Source: the human T2T-CHM13v2.0 reference genome, Homo sapiens
Strand: one strand, 5' to 3'
Length of the DNA: 64,000 nt
Assembly: GCF_009914755.1 (NCBI RefSeq)
Contig: NC_060927.1
Positions 49,901 through 63,229 of this stretch are shown here, one piece after another. Within the stretch, counting starts at the first letter, position 1, and every line of letters starts with the position of its first letter. Below the pieces are notes generated by a model, which was not told where the DNA came from, did not search any database, and was given only the letters and a program-made list of their open reading frames with translations. Made by a program: the position numbers and the translations under genes.

Positions 49901-50500
49901 AAGAAAAATCCATTGTCCCTCTTCTCCGCCACAGACACACTTTAGTTGAACATTAAGCATATTTATTAAAGAAACATTCTCCTTGTGCTTTTTCTCCCAA
50001 GATGGATGGTGTTCTTACTTAGAGTTATAAGTGTCAGAATAAAAATGCCCATGAGGTTGAATTGTATGATGTTATAGTAAAGTGAGATAAACATTCTCAG
50101 AAACATGATTGTGACTTAAAAAAAAAAAAAACCAACAAACCACTTTCTGTAGAGGAATTATGCTTTGGGGACAGAAACTTTCCTTTATAATTTTTACAGC
50201 TGCACGCAGATAAAGTGTATTAAAAAGGCACAACACATCAATTATGAAAACATGGCTACCCTTTAAGAGAACACAGACTTTTTCCAGATCCATCTTAAAT
50301 CTCAGGAATTCTAGATCGAGACAGGCATGAATGCTCCTGTTGCTGAAATCACTCTGATTTCCTTCTTGTTAAACACTTCACTCAGCAACATTATAGATTA
50401 GCACCAAAAAAGTTGTTTGTAGGTGAAAAACTGTTCAGAAAAGGACACCTTATTAGGCAGGCTGTCGATTTACAAATAAAAGCCGATTCTGGCTCTCCTG
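45450..50500 (+). ncRNA. Probable spliced lncRNA starting in an MLT1J LTR (possibly LINC00690, recalled as lying between RFTN1 and DAZL; unverified)
   Basis: Promoter-like motif cluster at 45351-45462. Acceptors at 46270, 48497, 49934 and 50199; donors at 46547 (GTAAGT) and 48649 (GTAAGA); AATAAA at 50038 and 50475. No credible ORF. Confidence 0.45.
46890..47424. repeat. (TA)n microsatellite plus AT-rich minisatellite-like array
   Basis: About 530 bp almost entirely A/T with recurring TTATATTATATATATTT units. Confidence 0.97.
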
Positions 50501-51108
50501 AATGAAAAGAAGAGTAATTTCTGGGGCTTATTAACTTGATTTTAGACTGGGGGGGGGTCCCAGAACCAGGGAGGTCCTGAAAAGGGCCATGTCACAGTAA
50601 CTACTCGATCCAAGCTTCTCCTCAGTCTGAGATGTACCATGGCCACTGCTTGCCCCATGTCTACAGGATTCAGAGTCTTCAGGGAAAGTTGGGCACAAAC
50701 GGTAGAGTCCTCTTCCCTGGCTGTGTTCCCACCTCCCAAAGCCCCACATAATGGAAAATCCCTCAAGAGGAGGCAGTCACAGAGGGAAGTAGAGGCCAGG
50801 CAGCCTGCGAATGATCAATGTGGTACAGGGCTCCTGTCCCCTCTATGGCCACCTCTCAAGTTGTTCTTTCCTAGGTTCTTTATTAAATGTGATAGATTTA
50901 TCCAAAACAGTTATGAATTCAGATCCTACCAATCTGATATTACAAGAGCTCACATAGGGGAAGGAATGGAGTTTAACAGTAATGTTGACAAAGAAAAATA
51001 AAGTTTTTAATAAAAGGTATCAACAAAATGGTAGATTGTTTAACTACTTAATTAACTGTTTGGGGACCCTGATGAATTTAATGATAGTCAAACCACCTAA
51101 GTAGGTGA

Positions 51109-51460
<352 letters not shown>

Positions 51461-52191
51461 TTTCTTTATTTGTCAAAATTTAGCCTCTAAGTGGTAGCCC
51501 TTAAAATGTATTTCTGAACTGCTTGTGAACAATTAAGTTTGATTTTTTTAAAAAAAGGAAGAAGAAACCCGATTATTCAGACCTTGCACTAATTCAGGCT
51601 TTCTTTCCTACCAACAAGCGCCTTTTAAGATGGTCCCCTGAGTCATTAGCATCTTCATCAATCTTTCAACAAGAAAGACTACTCACACAACATTTTTCAA
51701 AATATTTTCATGGTTATTATCTTATCCAGTTTCTAGCACTACAAGGTATACAAGATGGAAATGTTATTTCCATTTTACAGACCAGGATCCTGACACCAAC
51801 ATCATGGTAATTTACCCCAAGTAAGCTCCAAGTACCCAGTGTTCTTTTCTTATACTTCCCATGGGCCCTTGTTGCTATGTTTTTCTTTCTTTCATAACCC
51901 ACCCCTTATTACTGCTCCAGAAGCAAATCCAAAATCTATAACAATGAAAGAAATCAATGCCAAGCCTATTCACCAACAAGTGCTTACTGAGCACTGCTGT
52001 ATGGTTTAGGAAGAGGCTAATCTGCTGTAACAAAGAGACCCTAAGTACTGTGGCTCAAACAAATTAGAAGTTTGTTTCTTTCACCCAGTAGTCCAGACCC
52101 AACAGTCCAGAGGTCTTGGGAAGTTCGGGGAGGTCAATACAGGGACCCAGGTTTGTTTTAGCTTGTTTTTGCTGCTCTACCATCTTCTAAA

Positions 52192-52728
52192 GCAGAGATT
52201 CCCAAGTTTTTTCAGTTCACAGCTCCCCTAGTATCTCAGTAATTTTTTTCATAGCAACTACAGGTCAAAAGAAATACCCAGAAAATTTGCTTATGAATTA
52301 GTCAGGTCCAAATAATTTAATAATTATTTATGTCCTGAAAACATAGTTGCCACTTCGGGAAAAAATAACACAGACAGACTGAAATAAAAATACATTTACT
52401 TTATTTTTAAATGATCATAATTTCTTAATAATGGGAGGTGTGTGCCTGTTGGGCACTGAACAATTATTCAAACCTTGGACTCAAATTGGATACTGCCATT
52501 GTCATTTTCTATTTCACATTGACTTTTCACAATGTGTTATTTTTTTTTTTATCATAGCAACCATCTGAAACTCAGATACTAGGCAAAACCATCAAAACTA
52601 GTGGTTTTGCACAGTATCTGACAGGTGTTAACGAGTTTCCTTCAAAAATCTAAATTATCTTGCAGCATTCCTATGTGTTCACTGAGGCTCCTCAGAGAGC
52701 CTCAGCATGTAGCTTGAGAAGCATGGTG
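52192..52728 (-). mobile_element. MER119 (second copy), next to an MLT1 fragment at ~51995-52190
   Basis: cagagattcccaag...gttcacag...aggtccaaataatttaata...gtgtgcctgttgggcactg. Confidence 0.7.
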
Positions 52729-55041
52729 GTACAAGTCGCCATGCTATGCCTAGATATGGATCTGCTGGAGGAGTAATGCCTTCTCACCTCCCTGGCAGCC
52801 ACTTCCTCTATCCTTCCCAGGTTCCTGTGTCATGTCAGGAGGACCGAGGGCTGATGATTTGACCAGCAATTTCCCGGCTATCGTTCCTCAGCCAGGAGGA
52901 ACCAAGCTTCCCCATCCAGTTTGCCTTACTCCAGTGAGAAGCCTGAAGCAAAACCCAACCCATTTAAAAAGTAAAAGCGATAATTTGTAGGCTCCTGCAT
53001 ACATTCTGAAATTACCTACATTCCTCTCATCCTGTGCTCATGGGCATATAACATAGACAAGACTGAAATCTTGTCTGAATTGTGAGGAAAGATCAAGTTT
53101 CCCCAGCTCCCAAGCCTGTTCCATCTGAATACCGGAATCTATGTGTAAGTCTTAAATAGCAGAGTGTGGAGGAGAATCCATTCAAATTAGAGTCAAATGT
53201 TATGGAGACACCCCAGCCTCCTCCTGGGGAAGGAGATCTGAACCATCACGCATCTCAAGAACTGCTTAGTGGCGAGGTAGTGTCGAGGCAATTCAGTGTG
53301 GTGAGTGCCACACGCAGCCTCCACACAAATGGGTGAGAAGCCTAATTGTCTTTGACTAGGACTGAATTTGGTTCGGCTTCAAACCCTTATTCTACTGGAT
53401 GGTAGAAATGAAATCTCAGGCCATTTAGGCTTTCCCATGATGTTACACAGAACAATATGAAATTGCTGCTATTTGATCTTTTCTAAACTATAAAAACAGC
53501 AACTACATATGGCCCAGATGATAATGTATCTCCATCACTCCCAGGGTTTGTGACAGTCATGATCCCAGGGGCCACCTGGTTTCCATCGCCACCCACTCTG
53601 TTGTGCCTCTGAGATGTCCTTGCTGTCCTGTGCTCTCCACCATTGGTCCACGAAGACCTCCTCTGCCCTAGCCCCATCAGCAAGGGCTCCCTGACTGCAG
53701 TGAATCCTCTCAGCGATTCCCACATCCCCCTGGGGGGCTGCTGTGAAAGATCTGTGGCAGGAATGAGGCACAGTCCCCTTTCTCAGTGACATTTACCAAC
53801 AGCCAAATTGTCGTGGTCCCTACGTCTCTCTTCTCTCGCGCTCTCTGGAGTGAGAAGAACCAGCTCTTGCAACTTCATTTACCCTTCCAAGTCAATTGCT
53901 TCTGGCATCAACTTAGTACCTGAACTCCTTTAAGGCTCAGGGTTTTAAGCTCCTGCATCTCAAAAGCTTTTGTGTGGGAACAGAAAACATGAGTTTCTCT
54001 TCCTATGCCTCAGCATCCCTTCTTTTAGAGAGCGGATACCTCCCAGCATAGTTCCAATGGGAGAAAGCCCTTGGGGTGAAAATAATGAGGAAATCGGGAC
54101 CCGCACATCACCTTGCTGTGCGGTGGGTGCCTGGCTTATCTTATGCCTGGGTCTTGTCACCCAGGACATAGGTGGAGAGTCCTGACCTCACATTTCCAAG
54201 CTGTGTAACCCTGGGCAAGCCTCTGACCTCTCTCCAAACATCAGTTTCCTCAGGCCCTCACAGTAAGGAAACATACTGCCAGCAGGCCCACGGCTCATCC
54301 TGTGTGGTTAAATACAGTCAAGCAGAGAGAGAAAAATCTTCCAGATTCAATGAAAATGTAATGATCTCCTGTTGCATTAGGAATAGCAAGACTGGATGGC
54401 TTTGTAAAAGCTTAGAGATATTATTTTTGAAGCTATCTGTGTATACTTTATTCCCTTTCATATACCCCTTCTGGCTGACCCAAATGAAAAAAGATACAAA
54501 ACTCATTTCTGGCCCAGCACTTGCCTGATCAGATGTAATGTGTGGTGATACGCCCATTTTCCCGCTCAGCTGTATTCCTGTTTATTCCTGTGAACACATG
54601 GTCTCTGCAATTGGCAATGATTTTTTCTTTGTTGTATTTACCTTCCTTTCGGGGGCCAGCCCAGACTCCTGGGTGGATTCATTTCCCATTGAATTACCAG
54701 AAAAGGGCAGAATCTGATTGGAAGAACTACGTGGAAGAAAGCTCAGTTCCCAGGCCCTCACACAAGGGACTCTGTCCTCCCATCTATGTCAGAGCCTGGG
54801 GGCTGTGAGGGAATTGAAACGGGACATCCTGTCCCCTCCACCAACATTCTTTCCCCACCAAGCAGTGGCATTTTCTTTTGTGTTCTCACACAATTCAGAC
54901 TAGGTGGAGTAGCCTGTACGGCATGACTGGAGCGACCCCACTGAGCAGAAGTGTTCCCCTTCTCCTTCACCGACACTGTGGGCTGAGAGAAAGCCCACCT
55001 GACAGCCCCCTACTTTGGGGTGTTTCTGCCATGGTCCTTTT

Positions 55042-55306
55042 AACCAAACACCGCATGTTCTCACTCATAGGTGGGAAATGAACAATGAGAACACATGGAC
55101 ACAGGGTGGGGAACATCACACACCAGGGCCTGTGGTGGAGTTGGGGGATGGGGAGGGATAGCATTAGGAGAAATACCTAATGTAAATGACGAGTTAATGG
55201 GTGCAGCACACCAACATGGCACATGTTTAATGTAACAAACCTGCACGTTATGCACATGTACCCTAGAACTTAAAGTATAATAAAAAAAAAAAAATAAAGA
55301 AAAAAA
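55042..55306 (+). mobile_element. 5'-truncated primate L1PA 3' end (L1PA5-like)
   Basis: aaccaaacaccgcatgttctcactcataggtggg...ggagaaatacctaatgtaaatgacgag...ccctagaacttaaagtataataaaa. Confidence 0.95.
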
Positions 55307-55609
55307 GAGGGTGTAGTCAGGGCATGGGTTGAAACACCAAGCAAGTGTAAACCACAGGCTTCACACACTTCGCTTTTGGGGAGGCTGGTCAGCTCCGACC
55401 TGCAGCAACTGAGAAAGAACACATAGGGGTCCCTGAGGACAGACAGCTTTGCCAAGGACCAGCCTTAGGGCGTAGGAGAAAAAGAAAGGCCGGAGCAGCC
55501 ACTTCTCTGTGCCCAGCAGTGCAGCCGCCCGCCTGACAATGCTTCAGCCACGCAGAGACGGGCCTGCCTCCTGTCTGCCCTGTCCTGAGAACGGAGATAT
55601 CTGTGACCC

Positions 55610-55775
55610 AGAGGTCCTAGGACCTCCCACTTCCTAAATGTGTGACCCTAGATAAGTCGCTTAACCTCTACCCGAACCTCAATTTCATCATCTGTAAAAC
55701 AAGAATAATCAACCCACCTACCTCATAGGGTTGTTTTGATGCTTAAATGAGACAAAGCACATGTCTAAGAGTTTT
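55610..55775 (+). mobile_element. MIR SINE
   Basis: gtgtgacc...cttaacctct...catctgtaaaac...cctacctcatagggttgtt. Confidence 0.7.
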
Positions 55776-56928
55776 CTGATTCATAAAACAACACATGAAT
55801 ATAAGGATTGTTTTCCTGACTTATCTTAGGATCTTTTGGAAGGGACCTTCAATAAGAGACCTTCAGTAAGTTCTCTATGTTCAACCTCTACTATGCACAA
55901 TCCTGGACAAAAGGTCATCTACCCTCTGCTTGACTCCTTTCTATTATGGGAAACTTATTACGTTTCTTTGATGAGAAACTCACTACCACAAAGCCTTATG
56001 ACTTGAACTTGCTCTGGTTAGATCATAGCCACCTCATATAAGCTCCAGAGTAAATGGGAAGGGAGAACTAGACTCTGCCAGCAATAGCAGAAAGATCATC
56101 ATGTAGATTGGGTTGCTCAGATATTTACAGATATTTGTCAAAAACCTGAAGTCAGTGTCATTCATCTTCCCTTTTGAAGGTTAAGTGTGTTTGTTTTTGT
56201 TTCCATGACAAGCCTACATTAAAATTGGATTAGGGGCAATGTTCAGAAAAAATCACAGATGCTCAGGGCAGTGTATTCATTGTGTTTACATGGAGTAAAA
56301 TGCTTTGTCCCAAGATTATTTTACTTCGTCCATTTAGAAAGGTCTCCTGTGACTTGCATAAATGTGGAAGAAAGCTTCGTCATTTCTTTATAGACAGGAT
56401 AGTTTGATGACATTTTAAAATATCAGTCATAATAAATTAGGGAGACTCCTAACTTAAATCTGTGCTACGAAGGGCCACTGAGGACAGTGAGGTGTGCCCC
56501 CACAGCCAAAAACTTTGTATAGCTTTAATTTCAGTACAGAGGTAAATCGGCTTTTGCTTTTGGATTTAAGATTTGGCAAGCATGTGAAATTAAGTATCAC
56601 TTAGGGGGATTTTTTTACAGAGGGAAGCTAGGAGATTATGAGTGTTAGGGCTTATAGTTTAAATCTGCAATTAGCATAAATATGCAAAGGTCACCCTAAA
56701 GAGATGCATGCCCCTATTATCTGTAGAGGTAGGCGTAAGAAGTGGAGAGAAATGGCAAACAGAGTTTTGCAAACAAATGTGCGGTGGGAATTCAGATTTT
56801 CATGTACGTGTTGCATCTGTGGCCTAGAAGAAATCAGACACATGGCCTAGGAGAAATCAAGAGTGAGAAATCACCAGCCCACAGAGGAGATGTCACTGAC
56901 CTTGAGGCTAACAGAAGTAAATGACAAT

Positions 56929-57705
56929 TGTGGCAACAGCTGTTGGTCACCAACTCAACAGTGATTACCACCTTCTTCTTTGTTAATAGAAAATGATTTC
57001 TGTTCAGGAACTGAGCAGCAGATAGTTCTTGGAATCTGGACCCCATTGAAGTTTCAAGGTGTAAACCTTGATCAGTCTGTGTCCAAAATTGTAGTTCTGT
57101 TTCCCTTGTTAGTGATGAGTTCAGGATGGGGCATGTGCCACAATTGTAGTCAATGAGAAGTCTGCTGGAGGTACTTCTAGAAGAGTTTTCCTTAATCTCA
57201 AAAAAGAAGAAATCACAGAGACTTTCTGTTTCTGTCATTTGGATGTTGCTGGGAGATAATGTGATGCTTGGAGCTGTTGCAGCCATTTTGCAATCATGAG
57301 GGAAGAAGCCTGAGGCAAAGGCAACATGCTTAGGGTAGCAGAATAGGAATATCGACAAATCTAGACTCCTATATTAGGTTGAGCTGCTAAACCAATCAAT
57401 GCCAGTACTGCCTCCCTACAAACTTAGTACCTAGTCACTCAGAGATGAGACTATGGAGTCAGACTTCCTAGGTTCAAATTCTAACTTTACCACTTACCAG
57501 TTGTGTGACTTTGGACTTCTCTGTGCCTCATATTTCTGATTTGTATACCTACCCTGTAGTATTCGTTTTAGAATTAAATGAATTGATATGTGGAGAATGC
57601 TAGAACCATAACTGATCACTCAAACATTTAACATTTTTTTATCATTTAAGACATTTTGTGTTGCATCTTCTAGTTGTTGCTTTTGAAAGCATCCTATGTA
57701 ACACA
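56929..57705 (+). mobile_element. Old MLT1 (K/L-like) LTR with a MIR at ~57430-57640
   Basis: gttcaggatggggcatgtg...gatgcttggagctgttgcagccattttgcaatcatgag; MIR ggagtcagac...ggttcaaattc. Confidence 0.6.
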
Positions 57706-57744
57706 GCAACTTTCAGTTAACCTTTCTCCTGTCAAAAAGTTAGG

Positions 57745-58970
57745 AAACTAACAACAAAAAGGCAAACCATCCCTTAAACAATGAAAAAAGGACTTGAATA
57801 GATATTTCTCCAAAGAAGACAGACCATGGCCCACAAACACATGAAAACACACTCAGTATCATTCATCATTAGGGGAATGCAAATAAAAATGAGGCACCGC
57901 TGCACACTCATTAGGATGGGAATAATTTAAAAAAAAAAGAAAACAGAAAATAGCGAGTATGGGTGAGGATGTGGAGAAACTGGAATTTGTATATTGCTGG
58001 TGGGAATGTAATACGGTTCAGCCACTGTGGGAAACAGTTGGCGGTTCCTCAAATGACTCAACACAGCATCACCACAGGACCCAGCAATTCCACTCCTAGG
58101 TGTCTGTACCCAAAAGAATTGAAAACAGGGACACAAGTACATGTATACACATGTTCATGGCAGCACAGTAGCCAAAAGGTGGAAGCAAACCACATGTCCA
58201 TTGATGGATGAATGGATAAATTAATTGTGATATATACATACAGTGGAATAATATTCAGCCATAATAAATTAGAAAAAAATGATGAGAAATGGGAAAAATA
58301 TCCCATTTACAAAAGCAACCAAAATCAAATACTCAGGATCAAACACAGAAGAAAAACAAAACGACCTAAGGACATGGAAGAAGACTTGAAATGCAGGGAA
58401 ACATCACGCACCTGAATGAGAAGGCTCGGGGCCGACATAATGTCAATTATTTCCAAATCAATCTGTGAATTTAATCCATCTTTAATTTTTTAACTTGACA
58501 AACTGATTTTTAAATTCTACTCAAAGAATAAATATGTGAAAGTAACTAAAATAATTTTTTTTAAAAGGAGCCAGGTGTGGTGGTTACGGGACTGTATTTC
58601 TAGTTACTCTGGAGGCTGAACTGAGACAGAAGGATTGCTTGAGCCCAGAAGTTTAAGACCAGCCTGGGCAACATAGTGAGACCCCATTTAAAAAATTAAA
58701 GGGGATAGCTGTTACTAGATAGTAAGATATATTTTAAAATTACTCTAATTTGGGAATTTGATACCAACATAGGAATGAGAAAATTGATTACTGAATCAGA
58801 AATCAGAATTTATCATATACTGATTGGTATGTGCAATTGGTAGGAAAAGGAAAGATTAATTAAATAGTCTGGGAACAACCGGCTTGAAACTAATATACTA
58901 AAATAAATTCCACAGGGATTAAATACAAAAATAAAACTACAATAGAACTCAAAGAAAATACAAGTAAATA
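57745..58970 (+). mobile_element. L1M fragments with a FLAM-type Alu monomer at 58568-58700
   Basis: gacttgaatagatatttctccaaagaaga...ccagcaattccactcctagg; monomer gccaggtgtggtgg...gaccagcctgggcaacatagtgagaccc. Confidence 0.75.
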
Positions 58971-60348
58971 TTTTCCCATTTACCAGAACCCATCCATATG
59001 GCTCAACTCAACCGCAGGGGAGGCTTGAAAACGTGTGTGGCTCTTTGGGAAGCACTCACTGTTACTGCCATAGATACCTAACCTATTTCTAGGAATGAGG
59101 GAAAGGATGAAACAAAGGATTGAAACCGAAGGGCTTTCTGCCTATCCTTATGTTTATCAAAAAATTCCAATACCCAAAATACACCATCCCACAATTATAA
59201 TTGGTTGCATAGGCAAAGCTTCTCTTTCTCATTTGATAATCCTGTATATCTTTATAAGGAGCACATTTTTAGCTGATATTCCAGCTGCATATTGGAATTA
59301 CATCTGTTCTCATTCTCTTGTTAATAATGTTAATAACGAAGCTTGACTAATAAATTGCAAGGGCTAACTTTGGAGTGACTGGTTCAAAATTCCTTGCTAG
59401 TGAGGAAAACAAAAGAACAAATATATTTTAAGAATAGATCCACCATAATAACATGCTGATGGTCAAAACTGATCAGGTAATTTGGATGAAGCCTCACACC
59501 TTCTTACACTTTGCAAAAGAAATAGCAGGAAAGGACAGACAAGCCTGGGCTCCTGTTCAGCCCTGGGGAGGAAGCAGGTACAATGGAGCTGGCAGTGTGG
59601 TCATTCCTGCTGTGCCAAGCCAATTTGCTTGAACTTGAAACAGAAGTGTTAACCTCACGGCACGCAAGTCCACCCATCCTCTGCTTTTGCCCTCCTTGGG
59701 GGCTTTCAGTGGCGCTTGTTGGGGGGAGAAAAAGGTGCTTGTTTTATTCCCAGTTGTACAGAGCAGCTGATCAGTGTCTGCACGACTTCTTGAACAAAGA
59801 ATGTATTTCAGACCTTCTTATTGCTTGCTTACTTCATTTAACATTTAACAGATGTCAGTTGTGACACACACACACTTTCTCCCTAGGCAATGGATTAAGG
59901 CAAATTTCATTTTATGCCTGGCACGAAAGCCATGCTACATTGTATATTGAAAGACTTTTTTTTTTTTTAAGAGAGAAAGAGGGGAAAAACCATTCTGCCT
60001 TAAAATCCCTAATAATGCAAGAAAACCAATTTCCGCAAAGGCATTGTCCTGGAAAGCTTTGTTGGTTTATGGTGCCACCTAATGGGGATGTGTCAGATTA
60101 CACAAGGGCTATTGCATCAGGTCGCACACCCTGTCATGGTGAACACACTGGTGGTGTGTGGCTGGGAATGCAGTTTATGCAGATGCCTGTGCTGGATGAG
60201 ATGTTATCGTCACGTACTGTGTCTATGTCTAGTTATTTAACCTTGGGCAAGTCCCTCCACGCCTCTGAACTCAAGGATCCTCACCTAAAGGAGGCTTCTG
60301 GATGCCTTCTTTGTGAGACTGTTCACAGGACAAAGAAAAGGTGTACTT

Positions 60349-60811
60349 GGCTGGGCGAGGTGGCTCATGTCTGCAATCCCAACACTTTGGGAGGCTGAGG
60401 CAGGAGGATCACTTGAGGCCAGAAGTTTGAGACCAGCCTGGGCAAGATGGCAAGACCACATTTCTACAAAATAAAAATTAAAAAATTAGCTGGGTGTGGT
60501 GTGTGAGCCTGTATCATACTCCATATCTGGGTAACAGAGAGACTCTGTCAAGAAAGAAAGAAAGAGAAGAAAGAGGAGAAAGAAAGATGAGAAAGAAAGA
60601 AAAAAGAGAAAGAGAAAAAAGAAATAAAGAAAAGGAAGAGAGAGAAGGAAAGAGAGGGAGTGAGGAAGGAAAAGAAGGAAGGGAGCAAGGAAACAAAGGA
60701 AGAAAAAGAGGGAAGGAAGAAGGAAGGAAAAAGAGAAAGAAAAGAAAGAGAAAGAAGAAAGAGAAAGAAAGGAAGGAAGAAGAAAGAAAGAAAAAGAAAG
60801 AAAGAAAGGGG
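60349..60811 (+). mobile_element. AluJ with an internally deleted right arm and an expanded purine tail
   Basis: Left arm intact; right arm jumps from gcctgta to actcca; TSD-like pair at 60332-60348 and 60812-60828. Confidence 0.85.
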
Positions 60812-60821
60812 AAAGAAAAGG
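60549..60821. repeat. GA-rich polypurine tract
   Basis: Directly visible; nearly all A/G. Confidence 0.95.
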
Positions 60822-62035
60822 TATATTTGAAATGGAGACATAGCCCAAGGCTCTTAAACTCAGGGTTATGTCAGTCATGATGTAATAAAATCATGAGGCC
60901 CTACATATATTGTTTTTCTCCTTTTGGTATAAGCTTGGGTTTCAGAGCCATGTTTTTCGACGCCAGTAAAACTTCCAGCACTAGCATGGAAATGAACTGC
61001 AGTCGATGGCTGCCCTCAAGGTTGGAGAGGGGATAGGAAACTGGGGCTGCGTTGAACTGGACAACACTTGTCTGGTCTCAGGTGGATGACTGCTGTCAGC
61101 CCAGAATGGCCAGGAGGTGTGGCAAGATTTTCCTGTTTGCCTAAAGAAAGTAACCACTTGGGATCTCCTGCTTGTAAATGTTGGCCCAAGTTTTTGAACT
61201 CTACAGGGGCTAAAGAAATCATCCCCGAGGACTGAGTTCAGCTTGTGGGTCTCCAGCTTGCGCTCTCTGCTGTTCATTGCTATAGTCTTGCAAGAAGGTG
61301 GGTGCTAGGTGTGGAGCCCACTCTATCCAGGGTACTCTATCTGTGGGGAAGGGGGGCTCAATGCTCCATGTCTTGGGGGAGGATAGTGGGAATCTAGTGG
61401 CAGAATCAGGAGTGGGGACCTGAATCATTATGTTACTGGCCTGAGGCCAGAAGCTCAGCCTGGTGGAGGCCTAGGTAAGGCCTTCCCTGGTTGTCAATCC
61501 TCCTTCCTCGCCACCATGTCTTTCTCTCCTCTTCCTTGGAACGGCTTTCCCTGAAGCCTCCAGGCTTCTCTGATGAGATCCCCTCAAGAGCTAAACAGTT
61601 ACTGGACACCATTGAGAAGAGTGCCAGACTGAGAGTCAGACCTGTGCATACACACTTGCTGTGTGGCCTTGAGGGGGAACCTCCACCTCTCTGAGTCTTT
61701 GTTTCCTCATTTATAAAGTGGGGAGGAAGAGAAAAGCCTTTCCCAGCTTCTCAGGATGGCACCTGGGTACAGATCATAGAGATGATGCATGAGGCGTGCT
61801 TTGTGAACTTGAAAGTGCTGAGCAGTACTTGGTTATTTTAAAACAATGACATCTACTTTGAATAATTCTTAAATCCTGGTACAGAATTAAGAAAGGATCA
61901 TCTATTCATTTAGTCAACTATTTGTTCAAGAAATACGTACTGAGCCTCCATTATGTGCCAGGTACGTCTAAGCAATGACTAAGACAGACATGGATTGCCT
62001 GTCATGGAATGTCAATTCTAGAGTAGGAGGTAGAG

Positions 62036-62211
62036 AATAGGGAAGAAAGGAGGGAAAGAGGGAAGGAGGGAAGGAAGGAAGGAAGAAGGGAAAGAAGGAA
62101 GAAGGAAAGGAAGGGAAGGGGGGAAGGACAGAAGGAATGAGGGAGGGAGGAAAGGAAGGAAGGAAAGAAGGAGGGGAGAAGGGGAGGAGGGAGGGAGGGA
62201 AGGAAAGAAGG
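62036..62211. repeat. GGAA/GGGA-rich purine tract
   Basis: Directly visible. Confidence 0.93.
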
Positions 62212-62320
62212 CGGCTTGAAATTGGCCATGATGAGTATTTACACCACCAACATTGAAAAACTCAGTAAATCAGGGTCCTTCCTGCAGGCTGACTTTTAAA
62301 TATTTGCCATCAACTACTGA
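62212..62320 (+). mobile_element. MER63 fragment
   Basis: gcttgaaattggccatg...gagtatttacaccac...aaatcaggg. Confidence 0.6.
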
Positions 62321-63229
62321 AGCCAGAGATTAGAGTGAGGAGCCAGAGGAGGATTCTGAGTGCAGGAGAAACACAATTTGCTATCAATTTTATCCATTTT
62401 TCAAAGTTTCCTCTTCATGATGTGGAGAATAGGCTGCAGCCAGGCACAGCAGCAGCGGGAGTATCAGCCTAGAAGGCTGTGAAATAACACAGGCATGAGA
62501 TGCAAGGTTGGGCTAGCAATGGAGTAGCCAAACACGGATGGTTGGGATATGATGGGGGGCAAGGCTGATGGCATTCATTTGTGGATTGGCTGTGGGGTAA
62601 AGATAGAGACACAGCTGGTGAATCATACAGACACACTCTGTTCATGAAGAGCTTACACTTTAGTGGGAGAAACAAAGCAGGCAGTCAGCTAGGACTCCCA
62701 CAAATATTTAGTTATAGTGGCTCTCGATGACATATAATGCAGGGAAACCTAGCCAAGTTTGGAAATGACATTTAAGCTTTGCTAAGGTGAGGTACGGTAC
62801 AATCACACACCCATGGAGATATTTACATATTTCCTCCACAACTGATTTGGTTCTGCAAACATGCAAGGCCCCAAACATGTCATTCGCTAGTAATGGACTA
62901 TGGCAAGGAGGAATCAGGAACGTGGAAGCTTTCAAAAATTGCCTACCCACCCAACTTCTGGGTTTTGCCTGTTCCGTCAGGATCCGCTGTGAGCTGCTAG
63001 GGTAATGGGGCAAACGGTGGAGATGCAAATGAAAATAGAAATGCTGAGAGAACAGGTTATCTAGTGGAAAGAGGGTGCCAAAGGAAGCAGGGTAGCTAGT
63101 GTGAGTGGACTGTTTGATACAGTTTGGGAAAGAGAAAGTTTTGGAGGAGAGCAGGTACCCTGATAAGGGGAGTCTTGAGGAAGCAGATAGGCGATGAGTT
63201 TCTTCAGGGCTGATGAATGGTTGTGTTAT

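Noticed and set aside
59940-60398. 152-aa plus-strand ORF
   Set aside because: Non-ATG start, runs through MIR and Alu sequence, and shows no recognisable homology or exon structure.
60486-60880. Lys/Glu/Arg- and Phe/Leu/Ser-rich ORFs
   Set aside because: Translation of the purine tract.
62036-62211. GGAA microsatellite as an EWS-FLI1-type enhancer
   Set aside because: The longest uninterrupted run is only about four GGAA units and the tract is heavily interrupted.
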